In this document: piece after piece, positions 55,783 to 64,000 of the stretch
How the letters are laid out: each line of letters starts with the position of its first letter
Numbering within the stretch: the first letter of the stretch is position 1
From: an uncultured Acidobacteriota bacterium
Lineage (GTDB): Bacteria; Acidobacteriota; Thermoanaerobaculia; UBA5066; Gp7-AA6
Assembly (NCBI GenBank): GCA_963824165.1
Contig: CAWGOM010000008.1
Location: forward strand, 67,140-131,139
Length of the DNA: 64,000 nucleotides
Direction of reading: 5' to 3'
The notes under the pieces: model-generated
Databases searched by the model: none
Told to the model about the DNA's origin: nothing
What the model saw: the letters and a program-made list of their open reading frames with translations, nothing else
Position numbers and translations under genes: made by a program

Positions 55783-57400
55783 CCCGCGCCGCGCGCAGCT
55801 TCTCGCGCCCGATCGCCAGCGCGACCACCGCGAGCCCCCCGGCGAGATAGAGCCCGCTGACCGTCAGCGACGGCGCCTTGCCGAGAGCGCCGGTGAAATC
55901 CGCTCCCGGGCCGCCCGACATCGCCATGTACCAGGCGACGACGTAGAGGCCCGTGAAGAGCTTTCCGCCCGACGTCAGCGACCCCAGGCCCACGCACGCG
56001 GCGGCGACGGCGAGAAGCCCCGCGACGCACGCGAGGCCCTTCGCCGGCGACTCGACGAGGCCGTGGATCGTCAGCGGCATCCCGAGCATCAGGACGACGA
56101 GGGCGAGCGCGGCGGATTTCCAGAGGACCGGCGAGGACGGCACGCCCGGCTGCGAGAAGACGAGCGCGCGCGTCCCGGCCATGTCCTCGCGCGCCGCGGC
56201 CTCGGAGATCACCGGCACGAGCAGCACCAGGAAGGCCCCCGCCGCGAGGTTGCCCGGCAGCAGCCCCGCGAGAATCGCCGCGAGCGCCAGCGGCCACTTG
56301 ATCCACGACGCGCTCTCCCAGATCAGCCGCGCCTCCGCCAGCACCGCCCCCACCGCCGTCGGCTTCGCCGTCACAGGCGTCAGCCCCCGCCTCCCCGTCC
56401 CCTCCAAACCGAAATCCACCGGGGTCAGGTCTCGTTTTTTCGGTTTCCGGGACGAATCCGAAAATTCGAGACCTGACCCCCTGCTTTTTCGGTGGGAGCG
56501 GGAGGGGTCGAAGCGGTCGAAGAGGAGGACGGCGAGGGCGAGGGGAACGAGGGCGAAGGCGAGGTTGAGGGCGCGCGAGGCGACGAGCGTCGGCGTGACC
56601 TCGATGCCGGGCCAGGGCACGCGCTCGAAGGGCTTGCTGTGCCTGACGTGTCCGGAGGAGACGCCCTTGACGGCCTCGGGCAGCGACTTGCGGACGAGGT
56701 ACTGGTCCGTCGCGAGGCCGGTCGGATCGAAGATCGGCTGCCGGACCATCTGCATCGGCCGGGGCGTCGGATCGTCGACCTCCTCGCCCGCCAGGTCCAA
56801 CGGGAGCTTGACGAGGCCGAACAGAAACACGAAGAACCAGATGACGAGGCCGCCGCGGCCGCGCAGCCCCGGCGTGACGTCGAAGAGGACGGCGAAGGCG
56901 GCGACGACGGCGATCGCGGGGATCGTCGCGAGAAAGTACGGCAGCGCGAAGGCGACGGGCGAGAACGGTCCCGCTCCGAACCGAATGAACGCGACGAGCC
57001 CCGCGGCGAGGCCGAAGGCCGCCAGCACCAGCAGGTACACGAAGTGGGCGGCCCACTTGCCGCCGAGGTACGCCGTCTTCGACAGCGGCGTCGCGGCGAG
57101 GATCGCCCCGACGCCCCGCTCGCGGTCGCGCCGCACGGAGCCCGCGACGAGGTAGAAGCCGCTCATCGCGAGGATGATCCCCGACAGCACCGAGACCGCG
57201 AAGCCCACGTACGCGGCGCTGTAGACCGGCGCCTGGACGCGGCCGTCCGGCAGCTCCCACGACAGCGACGTCGCCTTGCCCGCCGGGTCCGGGATCCAGA
57301 AGAACGCCGCCGCCACGAACGCGGCGACCGCGATCGGCGTCGCGACGGAGCGCAGCCGCATCCGAACCTCGGCGCCGATCTGCGCGAGAAGCGGATTCAT
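55778..57400 (-). CDS. ABC-2-type transporter permease (duplicated membrane domain)
   Basis: 540-aa polytopic ORF translationally coupled to the upstream ABC ATPase. It carries an in-frame repeat insertion at 56421-56480. Confidence 0.7.
   Translation of the reverse strand: MNPLLAQIGAEVRMRLRSVATPIAVAAFVAAAFFWIPDPAGKATSLSWELPDGRVQAPVYSAAYVGFAVSVLSGIILAMSGFYLVAGSVRRDRERGVGAILAATPLSKTAYLGGKWAAHFVYLLVLAAFGLAAGLVAFIRFGAGPFSPVAFALPYFLATIPAIAVVAAFAVLFDVTPGLRGRGGLVIWFFVFLFGLVKLPLDLAGEEVDDPTPRPMQMVRQPIFDPTGLATDQYLVRKSLPEAVKGVSSGHVRHSKPFERVPWPGIEVTPTLVASRALNLAFALVPLALAVLLFDRFDPSRSHRKSRGSGLEFSDSSRKPKKRDLTPVDFGLEGTGRRGLTPVTAKPTAVGAVLAEARLIWESASWIKWPLALAAILAGLLPGNLAAGAFLVLLVPVISEAAAREDMAGTRALVFSQPGVPSSPVLWKSAALALVVLMLGMPLTIHGLVESPAKGLACVAGLLAVAAACVGLGSLTSGGKLFTGLYVVAWYMAMSGGPGADFTGALGKAPSLTVSGLYLAGGLAVVALAIGREKLRAARA
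56421..56480. repeat. 60-bp palindromic element (family B) inside a CDS
   Basis: ggggtcaggtctcgttttttcgg...ccgaaaattcgagacctgacccc, translated in frame as GSGLEFSDSSRKPKKRDLTP. Confidence 0.85.
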
Positions 57401-58275
57401 GCCGCCGCCGTGTCGAGGTTGAGCATCAGGTAGGCGTCCTCGAGCGTCGGCTCGATCGCGCGCGAGTCTGGCAGCGCCGCTCCGGTTCCGTTCGCCACGT
57501 AACGCACGTGCACGCCGTCGGCGCGGCGGATGAGGTTGGAGACGTGGACGCGCTTCTGCGCCTCGGCCAGGCGCTCGGACGAGACGACGGCCGTGAACAC
57601 GCGGCCCGTCGCCTTCCGGAGGAGATCCTCCGGCGTCGATTGCGCGACGAGGCGGCCGCCGCGGATGACGGCGATCTGCGAGGCCACCGCCTCGACGTCC
57701 GAGACGATGTGCGTCGAGAGGATGACGATGCGGCCCTGCGCGATCTCGGAGAGCAGGTTGCGGAAGCGCACCCGTTCCTCCGGGTCGAGGCCGACGGTCG
57801 GCTCGTCGACGATGACGAGCTTCGGGTCGCCGAGCAGCGCCTGCGCGATGCCGACGCGCTGCCGCATGCCGCCCGAGTAGCCGCCCAGGCGCCGGTCCGC
57901 CGCGCCGTGGAGGTTCGTCAGCTCGAGCAGCTCCTGGACGCGGCGCGAGAGGTCGGCGCCCGAGAGGCCCTTCAGCCGCCCGAGGTAGAGGAGGAACTCG
58001 CGCGCCGTCAGCCGCTCGTAGACGCCGAAGTCCTGCGGCAGGTAGCCGAGCCGGCGCCGCAGCGGCAGCGGATCCGCAACGGCGTCCCGGCCCTCCCAGA
58101 AGAAGGTGCCGGAGGTGGGTTTGGTGACCGTGGCGAGGATCGACATGAGAGTGGTCTTCCCGGCGCCGTTCGGCCCCAGCAGCCCGAGCACGCCCTCGCC
58201 CGCCTCGAGCGAGAAGTCCGAAAGCCCCACCGTCCCGCCCGGATACCGCTTGCCCAGGGACCGTATCGACAGCAT
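57397..58275 (-). CDS. ABC transporter ATP-binding protein
   Basis: 292-aa ORF with Walker A GPNGAGKTT, signature YSGGMRQR and Walker B LVIVDEP. Confidence 0.9.
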   Translation of the reverse strand: MLSIRSLGKRYPGGTVGLSDFSLEAGEGVLGLLGPNGAGKTTLMSILATVTKPTSGTFFWEGRDAVADPLPLRRRLGYLPQDFGVYERLTAREFLLYLGRLKGLSGADLSRRVQELLELTNLHGAADRRLGGYSGGMRQRVGIAQALLGDPKLVIVDEPTVGLDPEERVRFRNLLSEIAQGRIVILSTHIVSDVEAVASQIAVIRGGRLVAQSTPEDLLRKATGRVFTAVVSSERLAEAQKRVHVSNLIRRADGVHVRYVANGTGAALPDSRAIEPTLEDAYLMLNLDTAAA

Positions 58276-58284
58276 TCGCGTCTT

Positions 58285-58319
58285 CCCCCGGGGTCAGAAA
58301 CGCAGACTCTGACCGGGGG
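58285..58319. repeat. palindromic element related to family B
   Basis: cccccggggtcagaaacgcagactctgaccggggg, 10 nt upstream of the ABC ATPase start codon. Confidence 0.6.
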
Positions 58320-58361
58320 TTCCATCGAACATTCTCGAGGCGGGGTGCGTATTAAGAGGAC

Positions 58362-59615
58362 GTGGCCCGAGTTTTCGCCGGTTTAGGGGGGTTTCTCGTG
58401 AAAAAGAAGAAGTGGATCGCCATCGTGACGGTCGCCCTGGCGCTGGGCGCCGTGGCCATCGTGGCCGCCAAGGGCAAGGAGAAGGACCCCAAGGCCGAGA
58501 GTTCGCCCTTCCGACTCGGCAAGGTGCAGGCCGAGGACCTCCAGGTCTCGGTCCGCGAAGTCGGCGTCGTGGACCCGGTGACCAAGGTGGAGGTCAAGTC
58601 CGTCGTGTCGGGGCGCGTGCTGTCGCTGACGGTGCGCGAGGGCGCGGTCGTCAAGTCGGGCGACGTGCTGGCGACGATCGAGCCGGATGTCAACCAGGCG
58701 CAGTCGCTCTCCGACGTGCAGGCGAGCGTGCGCGAGTTCGATCTCAAGCTCCAGGACGCCGAGCGCGAGTACACGATGCAGAAGGCGCTCTTCGACCAGG
58801 GGCTCGTCGGCCGCGACCCGTTCCGCGCGGCCGAGATCAAGCGCGACCAGGCCGCCGACAACCTGCGCGCCGCGAAGATGCGCTACCAGATCGTCGAGGA
58901 CCGGGGCATCCCGATCTCGGGCAACGCTTCGTCGCAGAACGCGCGGGTGACCTCGCCGATGTCGGGTGTGGTCATCAAGAAGGGCGTCGAGCTCGGCGAG
59001 ACGGTGACCTCGGGCGTCTCCTCGTTCAACGCCGGAACGGTGCTCTTCACCGTGGCCGATCTCAAGTCGCTCATCATCCGCGTCAACCTCAACGAGGTCG
59101 ACATCGCGAAGGTCCACGTCGGCCAGCCCGTGCGCGTCACGCTCGACGCGTACCCGCAGAAGGTCTTCACCGGCAAGGTCAGCTTCGTCGCCCCGTCGGC
59201 GGAGCTCGTCGAGAAGATCAAGGTGTTCAAGGTCGAGGTCGAGCTCGACGAGCTCGGCGACTCGTTCCGCACCGGCATGAGCGCCAACGTCGAGATCCTC
59301 GGCGAAAAGCGCGACAAGGCGACGTCGATCCCGCTCGAGGCGCTGCAGAAGCGCGACGGCCAGACGGTCGCCTTCCGCCTCAAGGCGAACCTCGATCCCA
59401 AGAAGATCTCCGCCGCGAAGGACGGCCTCTCGGGCCGCAACAAGTTCATCTGGCTCTCCGACAACTGGAAGGACTACTTCGACGTCGTCCCGGTCCAGGC
59501 CGGCATCGCAACGCTCGAGCGCGTCGAGATCATCGCGGGCCTGAAGTCGGGCGAAGAGGTCGCCCTCGAGGACCCGACGAAGAAGCGGGTCGAAAAGGAC
59601 GAAGAGGACAACTAG
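58362..59615 (+). CDS. HlyD/MacA-type periplasmic adaptor (membrane fusion protein)
   Basis: 417-aa ORF with N-terminal anchor, coiled-coil and barrel motifs (SGVVIKKGVELGETV, VRVNLNEVDIAKVHVGQPV). Confidence 0.85.
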   Translation: MARVFAGLGGFLVKKKKWIAIVTVALALGAVAIVAAKGKEKDPKAESSPFRLGKVQAEDLQVSVREVGVVDPVTKVEVKSVVSGRVLSLTVREGAVVKSGDVLATIEPDVNQAQSLSDVQASVREFDLKLQDAEREYTMQKALFDQGLVGRDPFRAAEIKRDQAADNLRAAKMRYQIVEDRGIPISGNASSQNARVTSPMSGVVIKKGVELGETVTSGVSSFNAGTVLFTVADLKSLIIRVNLNEVDIAKVHVGQPVRVTLDAYPQKVFTGKVSFVAPSAELVEKIKVFKVEVELDELGDSFRTGMSANVEILGEKRDKATSIPLEALQKRDGQTVAFRLKANLDPKKISAAKDGLSGRNKFIWLSDNWKDYFDVVPVQAGIATLERVEIIAGLKSGEEVALEDPTKKRVEKDEEDN

Positions 59616-59620
59616 CCGTC

Positions 59621-60304
59621 ATGCATCCGATCATCCACACATCCGGCCTGACGAAGGTCTTCGGCTCCAACGGCGCCGCGGTCCACGCCCTGCGGGGCGT
59701 CGACCTGACGGTCGAGCGCGGCGAGTTCGTCGCGTTGATCGGCCCGTCGGGCTCCGGCAAGTCGACGCTCATGGCGATCCTCGGCTGCCTCGACACGCCG
59801 ACGGCTGGAACCTATGCCCTGGACGGCGAGCGGGTCGAGGGGCTCTCGGGGCGCGAGCTCGCCGGGATCCGCAACGACAAGATCGGCTTCGTCTTCCAGC
59901 AGTACAACCTGCTGCCCAAGGCCTCCGTCGTCCGCAACGTCGAGCTCCCGATGCTCTACGCCGGCGTCGCGCGCAAGGAGAGGCGCCAGCGCGCCCTGGA
60001 GCTCCTCGAGAAAGTCGGCATCCCCGACAAGGCGAAGGTCCTGCCGGCCGCGCTCTCCGGCGGCCAGCGGCAGCGCGTCGCCGTCGCGCGTTCGCTCGCC
60101 AACCGCCCGGCCCTGCTTCTCGCCGACGAACCGACGGGCGCGCTGGATTCGAAGACCGGACACGAGGTCCTCGAGCTCTTCGCGGACCTCCATCGCCAGG
60201 GCAACACCATCATCATCGTCACGCACGATCTCCAGATCGCCTCGATGGCGAGTCGCCAGGTCGAGATCCACGACGGATTGATCAAGGTGTCGGAGGCGGC
60301 TTGA
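59621..60304 (+). CDS. MacB-type ABC ATP-binding protein
   Basis: ATG at 59621. Contains GPSGSGKST, FVFQQYNLLP, LSGGQRQRVAVARSL and LLADEPTGALD. Confidence 0.9.
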   Translation: MHPIIHTSGLTKVFGSNGAAVHALRGVDLTVERGEFVALIGPSGSGKSTLMAILGCLDTPTAGTYALDGERVEGLSGRELAGIRNDKIGFVFQQYNLLPKASVVRNVELPMLYAGVARKERRQRALELLEKVGIPDKAKVLPAALSGGQRQRVAVARSLANRPALLLADEPTGALDSKTGHEVLELFADLHRQGNTIIIVTHDLQIASMASRQVEIHDGLIKVSEAA

Positions 60305-60336
60305 AGCCGTCGTGCTGCCGGAACGGCCGGCCCACG

Positions 60337-60402
60337 GTCGTAGGGGCGGGGCTTGTCCCCGCCCTTCCCCCGGAGCGGGCGGCCGCGAGGGCCGCCCCTA
60401 CG
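60337..60402. repeat. GC-rich hairpin repeats (family A), two copies
   Basis: gtcgtaggggcggggcttgtccccgccc and gggcggccgcgagggccgcccctacg. Confidence 0.8.
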
Positions 60403-60422
60403 TACCAGGGCCGATAACGCCC

Positions 60423-61673
60423 ATGACCTTCAACGGCGCGTTTCGCGAGAGGCTCCGCAACTCGTGGGTCGAGATGCGGGAGAACCTCACGCGCTCGGTC
60501 CTCCAGTCGCTCGGCGTCGTCCTCGGGGTTGCCGCGGTGCTCGGCGGGATGTCGATCTCCGACAGCATGCGCAAGCGCTCGATGGAGCTCTACGTGAAGA
60601 TGGGCGGCCTCGACAAGCTGAACGTCCGCCAGTCCGCCGTCGTCAACGAGGGAGCGCCGACGGCCCTGCAGACGGCGAACCTCGGCCTTCGCTCCGCCGA
60701 CGCCGAGGACGGCGAAGACCTCGACGTGTCGGCGGTCCACGGCATCTCGCTCCGCAAGGACGCGCGGGCCCGCGTGCGCTCGCCCTACGCGGACCAGGAG
60801 CGGGGCATTCGCGGCATCGGCGGCGACTTCCTGGCCCTCGAGGGCTACGAGATCGCCGAGGGCCGCAACTTCACCATGCACGACATCGACACCGCGGCGC
60901 CCGTCGCGATCCTCGGCACGGAGGCCGTGTCCGTGTTCTTCCCCAACGGCGACGCGCTCGGGAAGACCATCCGCGTCGGCGACACGCCGGTCCAGGTGGT
61001 CGGCGTGCTCGAGGAGCGCGTCTTCCGGTACCGCAAGTCCAATCAGAACATGTTCCGCTGGAGGAACCGGATCATCGCGCTTCCGACGACACTCGTCGCG
61101 CGGCGCTTCGAGGGCGACCAGTACCACCGGGTCGACCGCGTGACCTTCCGAATCCCGAACCTCGCGGCGATGGCCGAGTTCTCGAAAAACCTCTCCTCGG
61201 TCCTCAAGGCGAACCACCGCCAGCAGGAGGACTTCCGCCTCGACGACGTCGGGGCGCGTGTGCGCAAGGAGCAGTCGCAGGGCGACGTCTACGACATCAT
61301 CTTCATGCTCTCGGGGTTCCTGTCGCTGATCGGCGGCGGCATCGTCAACGTCAACATCCAGATGGCGACGCTGAAGGAGCGCATCCGCGAGGTCGGCGTC
61401 AAGATGGCGATCGGCGCGCCGGGCCGCGAGGTCTTCAAGGAGTTCATGACGGAGGCGCTGCTGCTGACGTCCGTCGGCTCGATCGCCGGCCTCGTGATCG
61501 GCGTCGGCTTCTCGAAGATCATCACGTCCTCGATCGGCGTCCCGCTCCACATCGACCCCAAGAGCTTCGTGTCGGCGTACCTCCTCGCCGGCGTGTTCGG
61601 CTTCGTGTTCGCGCTCTACCCGGCCTGGAAGGCCTCGCGCCTCTCGCCGATGGAGGCGCTGCGGTATGAGTAG
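60423..61673 (+). CDS. FtsX/MacB-type ABC permease
   Basis: ATG at 60423. Has a MacB periplasmic core domain and the C-terminal FtsX motif YPAWKASRLSPMEALRYE. Confidence 0.85.
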   Translation: MTFNGAFRERLRNSWVEMRENLTRSVLQSLGVVLGVAAVLGGMSISDSMRKRSMELYVKMGGLDKLNVRQSAVVNEGAPTALQTANLGLRSADAEDGEDLDVSAVHGISLRKDARARVRSPYADQERGIRGIGGDFLALEGYEIAEGRNFTMHDIDTAAPVAILGTEAVSVFFPNGDALGKTIRVGDTPVQVVGVLEERVFRYRKSNQNMFRWRNRIIALPTTLVARRFEGDQYHRVDRVTFRIPNLAAMAEFSKNLSSVLKANHRQQEDFRLDDVGARVRKEQSQGDVYDIIFMLSGFLSLIGGGIVNVNIQMATLKERIREVGVKMAIGAPGREVFKEFMTEALLLTSVGSIAGLVIGVGFSKIITSSIGVPLHIDPKSFVSAYLLAGVFGFVFALYPAWKASRLSPMEALRYE

Positions 61674-62971
61674 CAACGCCCTGCCGCTGCCGGCCGCGCC
61701 GGAACGCGCCGCGCGGGCTCCGCGGCCCGGGCTGTCGTTCTCCGCCAAGCTCTCCCTCGGCTGGGAGATCGTCAAGGGCGGCTTCGTCGAGCTCTGGGCG
61801 CACAAGCTGCGCTCGACGCTGACGCTGACGCTCCTCATGCTCGGCGTCTTCGCCCTCGTCGTCATGTCGTCGGTCATGGACGGCGTCATGGACAAGGTCA
61901 CCACGGGATTCTCGGGGATGAGCTGGGACGGCACGGTCATGCTCGCGCCCAAGTCGCCCGAGACGACCGAGGAGCAGAAGCGCTTCGCGATGAGCCCGGG
62001 CCTGCGCGCCGAGGACCTGCCGCGCCTGACCGCGCCCGATCCGATGGTGCTGGCCTACCTGCCGCGCGCGACGAAGGAGTCCGCGGTGAAGGTCGCGGGC
62101 GGCACCGAGCGCTGCTGGATCAACGGCGTGTGGCCCGACTACGGCCGCTGGATGAACCGGAACATCGCGATGGGCCGCGGGCTGACCGACAACGACGAGC
62201 GGCGGCGCTCGACGGTCGCCGTCGTCGGCGGCACGCTCGGATCCAAGCTCTTCGGCGGCGCCGACCCCGTCGGCCGCGACATCACGGTCGAAGGCGTGCG
62301 CTTCCGGATCGTCGGCGTCCAGGCGCCCAGCCAGATCTTCACCGAGGAGCTCTGGTACGACGCCAACGGCATCTCGATCCCGCTCCAGACCTACATGGAC
62401 CGCATCGATCCCGAGCACAAGCTCGCCAACATCGGCGTCAAGCTCGCCCGCAAGCGCGACATGGCCGAGGTCTCGGCGACGATGATCGGGCGAGCCAAGC
62501 AGGCCCACCACGGGATCGAGGACGTCGAGATCACGGACCTCGACGCCGAGGCCGCGCGCGCGTGGGGCCAGTTCCTCGAGCAGATCTTCGGCTGGCGGGT
62601 CGTGCTGACGAGCCTCGCGGCGACGGTCCTCCTCGTCGGCGGCGTCGGCGTGCTGTCGGTGATGCTGATCTCCTTCTCGGACCGGCGCTACGAGATCGGA
62701 CTGCGCAAGGCGATGGGCGCCTCCGACGGCGAGATCCTCGTCCAGTTCCTCCTCGAGGCGTGCGTGCTCGCCGCGGTCGGCGCGACGTTCGGGACCTTTC
62801 TCGGCACCGTCGTCTGCAAGGCGCTGTCGGCGAACTTCCCCTACGGCCTGGTGGTCAACCCGATGGGGCTGCTGATCGCCGTGGGTCACCGCACTGGTGC
62901 TCGCCGTGGTCTTCGGCCTCTACCCGGCGGTGCGAGCCTCGCGGCTCTCGCCGATGGAAGCGATGAGGTAG
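61666..62971 (+). CDS. FtsX/MacB-type ABC permease, one frameshift near 62880
   Basis: The expected C-terminus WVTALVLAVVFGLYPAVRASRLSPMEAMR (stop at 62969-62971) is in the +1 frame. The track ORF instead reads on into the repeat cluster. Confidence 0.75.
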
Positions 62972-63176
62972 GGGTCAGGTCTCGTTTTTTCGAAGGCCCC
63001 AGGCACACCCCGACTCGAGCCACAGAAGAACCGGGGCCCGAAAAAACGAGACCTGACCCCCTCGTTTTTTCGAAGGCCCCAGGGACACCTCGACCAAAGC
63101 CGCGGACAGAACCGGGGCCCGAAAAAACGAGCCTCAGCCGAGCCGGAACTCCAAACCGAAAAAACGAGACCTGACC
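62971..63176. repeat. cluster of family B palindromic elements
   Basis: ggggtcaggtctcgttttttcgaaggcccc...ggggcccgaaaaaacgagacctgacccc followed by a second, degenerate nested copy. Confidence 0.8.
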
Positions 63177-63195
63177 CCCGGGTTTTTCGCCCCCC

Positions 63196-64000
63196 TCACC
63201 TCTCGTCGAGGCCCGCCGCGCCGAACGCCGGCTTTCCGCCGAGCGAGAGGCGGAAGGCGTACACCGCGAGCGCGACGACGACGCCGGCGAGAAAGAGACC
63301 GCGTCCCGCGTACCAGCGCGAGAAGTCGAGCGTCAGCGGCGCCCCGCTGAGAATGAGGTGGGCGAGGTAGGAGAAGCACAGCGCGAGGATCCCGTACCGC
63401 GCGGCGACGAAGATGGTCAGCGCGGCGATGAGGATGCCGGTCGGCAGCTCCACCGCGTAGTTCTCCCCCGAGAGGGCGAGCGCGACGAGAAGGAGGCCGC
63501 CGAAGGCGGCGGCAAGCCACTTCCGGCGCAGGAGAACCTGCGCCAGGACGAGCATCGTCATGATCGCCAGGCCCCGCTGCGTGGCCTCCTGGAGGAGCTC
63601 GGCGAAGTGGCCGGCGGTCTGCGGAAGGCCCAGCAGGAACCTGCGCGACGGCGGCGCCGGGGTCATGCCGGGCAGGTTGATCCAGTTGGGCAGCGCATTG
63701 GACACCGAAAGGCACAGCGAGATCGCCGCGCCCACGAGGATCCCGACGAGGGCGTCGCCGCCGACGAGCGGGTCGCGGAACCGTCCTGCGAGCGCCCGGC
63801 TCCAGGAGAAGAGAAGGTCGGGCCAGCGGCGGCGCACGATGGGCTCGATCGCGACGTAGAGGACCCAGGCGAGGGCGGCGGCGAAGAGGCCGTTGCCGAG
63901 CGCGTCGAAGAAGAGGCCGGACTCCGCGCTCGGTCCCGGAACGTGGTGCGACTGGAGGAGCCACGCGAGCAGGACGAGCGCGAACAGGAACGCCGATACC
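63196..64000 (-). CDS. polytopic membrane protein, 5' end beyond the window
   Basis: The hydrophobic ORF stays open upstream of the track start at 63837 to the window edge. Confidence 0.55.
   Translation of the reverse strand, partial: VSAFLFALVLLAWLLQSHHVPGPSAESGLFFDALGNGLFAAALAWVLYVAIEPIVRRRWPDLLFSWSRALAGRFRDPLVGGDALVGILVGAAISLCLSVSNALPNWINLPGMTPAPPSRRFLLGLPQTAGHFAELLQEATQRGLAIMTMLVLAQVLLRRKWLAAAFGGLLLVALALSGENYAVELPTGILIAALTIFVAARYGILALCFSYLAHLILSGAPLTLDFSRWYAGRGLFLAGVVVALAVYAFRLSLGGKPAFGAAGLDER

Noticed and set aside
1-64000. Looked for rRNA, tRNA, IS/transposase genes, prophage genes and group II introns (which sometimes target attC sites)
   Set aside because: I recognised no transposase, reverse transcriptase or phage structural motif in any ORF, and no tRNA-like or rRNA-like sequence. 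A tRNAscan/Infernal run is still needed for a definitive negative.

Overview
High-GC bacterial chromosomal segment, coded almost entirely on the minus strand. The main feature is a large chromosomal integron at about 22.1-46.0 kb. It consists of an intact-looking integron integrase gene (intI, 44769-45968, minus), a candidate attI site directly after the intI stop codon, and an array of about 29 attC sites running down to 22136. About 27 of the attC sites are clear. Each reads GCCTAAC ... GTTAGGC (the RYYYAAC / GTTRRRY core pair), and most are 76 bp. The cassettes sit on the same strand as intI, which is the rare inverted integron layout. Cassette products include toxin-antitoxin (TA) pairs (BrnT/BrnA, a RelE/ParE-type pair, DUF4160/DUF2442 twice), two phosphatases (PhoD, AlkP/NPP-like), a beta-lactamase-fold serine hydrolase, a quinone oxidoreductase, glyoxalase-fold (VOC family) enzymes, a thioesterase, a CPBP protease, many small membrane proteins, and several cassettes with no convincing ORF. 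Decayed attC fragments at about 20.5-20.9 kb suggest the array once reached about 19.7 kb. Upstream of intI on the same strand are two TA pairs, marC, and an imuA-imuB mutagenesis module. The left 19.7 kb is a one-directional run of small stress and detoxification genes (DinB x3, VOC, OsmC, GNAT, DUF1801, an amidase, a nitrilase-family enzyme) plus a Ser/Thr kinase fused to a PD40 beta-propeller. The right 14 kb holds a TIR-domain membrane protein, LysE, CDGSH/NUDIX/PP2C genes, an ABC-2 transporter and a MacAB-like efflux operon. Two further short palindromic repeat families occur there, and one copy is inserted in frame inside a permease gene. Many genes both inside and outside the integron carry frameshifts. 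At least one sits in a homopolymer, so pseudogene calls cannot be separated from sequencing error. No rRNA, tRNA, CRISPR array or transposase was recognised. All coordinates were read by eye and may be off by 1-2 nt.
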